A stretch of 27,216 nt of DNA from Verrucomicrobiota bacterium (lineage in GTDB: Bacteria; Verrucomicrobiota; Lentisphaeria; Lentisphaerales; Lentisphaeraceae), in assembly GCA_039798785.1 (NCBI GenBank), contig JBDKFG010000068.1, positions 1-27,216 of the forward strand. The letters run 5' to 3'. A program made the translations under genes and the position numbers. The notes under the pieces are model-generated. The model was not told the DNA's origin, searched no databases, and saw only the letters and a list, made by a program, of their open reading frames with translations. Below, piece after piece: positions 27,069-27,216 of this stretch; positions within the stretch are counted from its first letter, which is position 1; each line of letters opens with the position of its first letter.

Positions 27069-27120
27069 ACCTAAAAACCGCAGTAGAGCAGCGGAACCGG
27101 GTTGAAAGGTTGAAAGGTTG
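27068..27120 (+). repeat. Dispersed 17-nt motif copy 2 plus GGTTGAAA tandem octamers
   Basis: AACCTAAAAACCGCAGT at 27068-27084, then GGTTGAAA-GGTTGAAA-GGTTG. Confidence 0.85.
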
Positions 27121-27216
27121 GGTTCTTCACCTCATCCTGCACATCCCGCACTTCCGGCATCACACTATCAAACCACCGCTTCTCTTCTGGGCGCGTTGGC
27201 CATCCGCAACACAGTT

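Noticed and set aside
27065..27216. Open frame from the ATGA overlap (MNLKTAVEQ...) to the window end
   Set aside because: It runs through DNA repeats with atypical codons and cannot be supported without downstream sequence.
1..27216. CRISPR array, tRNA/rRNA, transposase or integrase
   Set aside because: No regularly spaced repeat-spacer units, RNA gene signatures or recombinase motifs were seen.

Overview
GC-rich bacterial window, most consistent with a PVC-superphylum glycan degrader (inferred from DUF6288-like and NPCBM proteins, a sulfatase, and no SusC/SusD pair in view). The + strand carries an almost continuous run of exported carbohydrate-active genes: the end of a TPR/DUF5107-like protein, NPCBM-GH110, GH35, a PDZ/alpha-alpha-barrel DUF6288-like protein, GH95, a sialate O-acetylesterase-like protein, an S1 sulfatase, an alpha/beta-hydrolase-SGNH fusion and a beta-propeller glycosidase lipoprotein. 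Two further exported alpha/beta hydrolases lie among them. A small housekeeping block (AhpC peroxiredoxin, DEDDh exonuclease, two hypothetical proteins) and a low-GC, apparently decayed segment (about 7.5-8.1 kb) interrupt the run. The best candidate for an undescribed system is a pair of paralogous ~730-aa exported proteins (5250-7451 and 18909-21062) with a conserved GGVC-x25-H transglutaminase/Cys-protease-like core, embedded in this glycan locus. Also notable are an identical 17-nt motif with adjacent TGAAA-core repeats at two gene ends 19 kb apart, a possible five-way-junction RNA at 24074-24199, and a very high-GC DUF6288+GH95 block. No rRNA, tRNA, CRISPR array or intact transposase was seen. 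All family calls come from motif recognition by eye, not database searches.
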